A stretch of 64,000 nucleotides of DNA from Amoebidium appalachense (Eukaryota > Protista > Ichthyosporea), in the NCBI GenBank assembly GCA_963693365.1, contig CAVNZM010000006.1, positions 3,658,001 through 3,722,000 on the forward strand, read 5' to 3'. The translations under genes and the position numbers were made by a program. Numbering within the stretch: the first letter of the stretch is position 1; every line of letters starts with the position of its first letter. The notes beneath the pieces were generated by a model, which searched no databases, had not been told where the DNA came from, and saw only the letters and a program-made list of their open reading frames with translations. Positions 63,106 to 64,000 of the stretch are shown piece by piece.

Positions 63106-64000
63106 TTTATCCTCCTTACTACTTGCTCTATAAAATGTGCCTTGAAAAAAGTCTGAAAGTTCCCTTTTGATCTTTCTCGACACACACAAACCTACTATGT
63201 CATGTTGCCCTCGGATCCGTGACTCTTGAGTGGCAGCTGCCCCTGCATGCACGGGGGGTTTGCGCCATCAGGGATAGTCCGTTTGCGTTGCAGTGACGTC
63301 ATAAGTGGCCATTTACTCAAATTGTCATACAGATTCGCCTGCATCAGGGAGTTATCATGCTGTAGGCTATTTCTTGGAGCCTCAGCCTGAGGTTTCGAGG
63401 CCAAGTCCGAAGTAGGAGGCCTTCAATGCTCGAGGCTCGAGCTCCCGGTCGGCACACGTGCAACTCAAGAAAAGTTTCGAAGGAAGCAAGCAAGGCATCG
63501 CCGTGAAACTGATGATGTGAACAGGAAGGGTTTTACCTTTCCATGTTATATTTCAGCCCACAGCCACAGTGACAGCTGCAAGCACACACGATATCGATTG
63601 GTAAAAAGCATAAAACTTGCTATAACGTCAGATCTCCTTTCTCCGTTAGCAGAGGCGGTGCATCTAATATTAGCACATTAGCCCACGACACCACGTCCCC
63701 TTTGCATGATGGCCAGCATGTTCGTCAGCGTCTTGAAAAACGTTCTCAAAGTTCTCTACAATAAGGCGCTGTCATCATCATCCCCCACCTGCTCTTGTAA
63801 TTAATGACTGGTTTGGTATGAATGCCTTACAGGATTATGATACACGTTCTGTATGTATAATCAGATCTTAAGATCTTTGCCATTTTCCCCCGGCTGTTGT
63901 TGGTGCTTATTGTTCTTTTCTTCCTGCTGCAAGTATGCAGGCCTTTGGGTTGAGCCCTGAGCAAGCTCCCGGTTTTACTTGAAGCTCTTATGTACAGACA

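Noticed and set aside
63195-63800. Short ORFs upstream of SRFBP1
   Set aside because: No recognisable motifs or consistent exon structure; probably UTR or promoter.

Overview
Intron-rich eukaryotic nuclear DNA (GT-AG introns packed with poly-C/poly-G, (CA)n/(GT)n and (CT)n). A unicellular holozoan or similar protist is a guess from gene content only. Almost all ORFs in the supplied track are microsatellite artefacts, so I spliced the genes by eye. The genes are: (1) a tandem array of three diverged copies of an unknown low-complexity gene (about 1-9.4 kb, +); (2) a ~21-exon single-pass receptor with signal peptide, TSP1-like module, hexapeptide beta-helix, TM, SAM domain and tyrosine motifs (17.2-32.75 kb, +); (3) a secreted two-PSI, Cys-rich protein (35.6-38.4 kb, +); (4) tRNA adenosine deaminase ADAT1/Tad1 (50.6-40.2 kb, -); (5) SRFBP1/Bud22 (63.1-52.0 kb, -). 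Mobile DNA includes a 2.36-kb inverted-repeat element with an 8-bp target-site duplication that carries a LINE RT fragment, and a ~236-bp Tc1/mariner-like MITE. The most interesting signal is a ~250-300 nt non-coding repeat with at least 7 copies. It is 3'-anchored and 5'-truncated, sits at poly-C tracts (an empty site is visible in a paralogous intron), always lies sense within introns, and shows compensatory changes supporting a long stem plus a pseudoknot. It is a candidate structured-RNA (possibly ribozyme-like) retroposon. Exon coordinates were read manually and may be off by a few nt.
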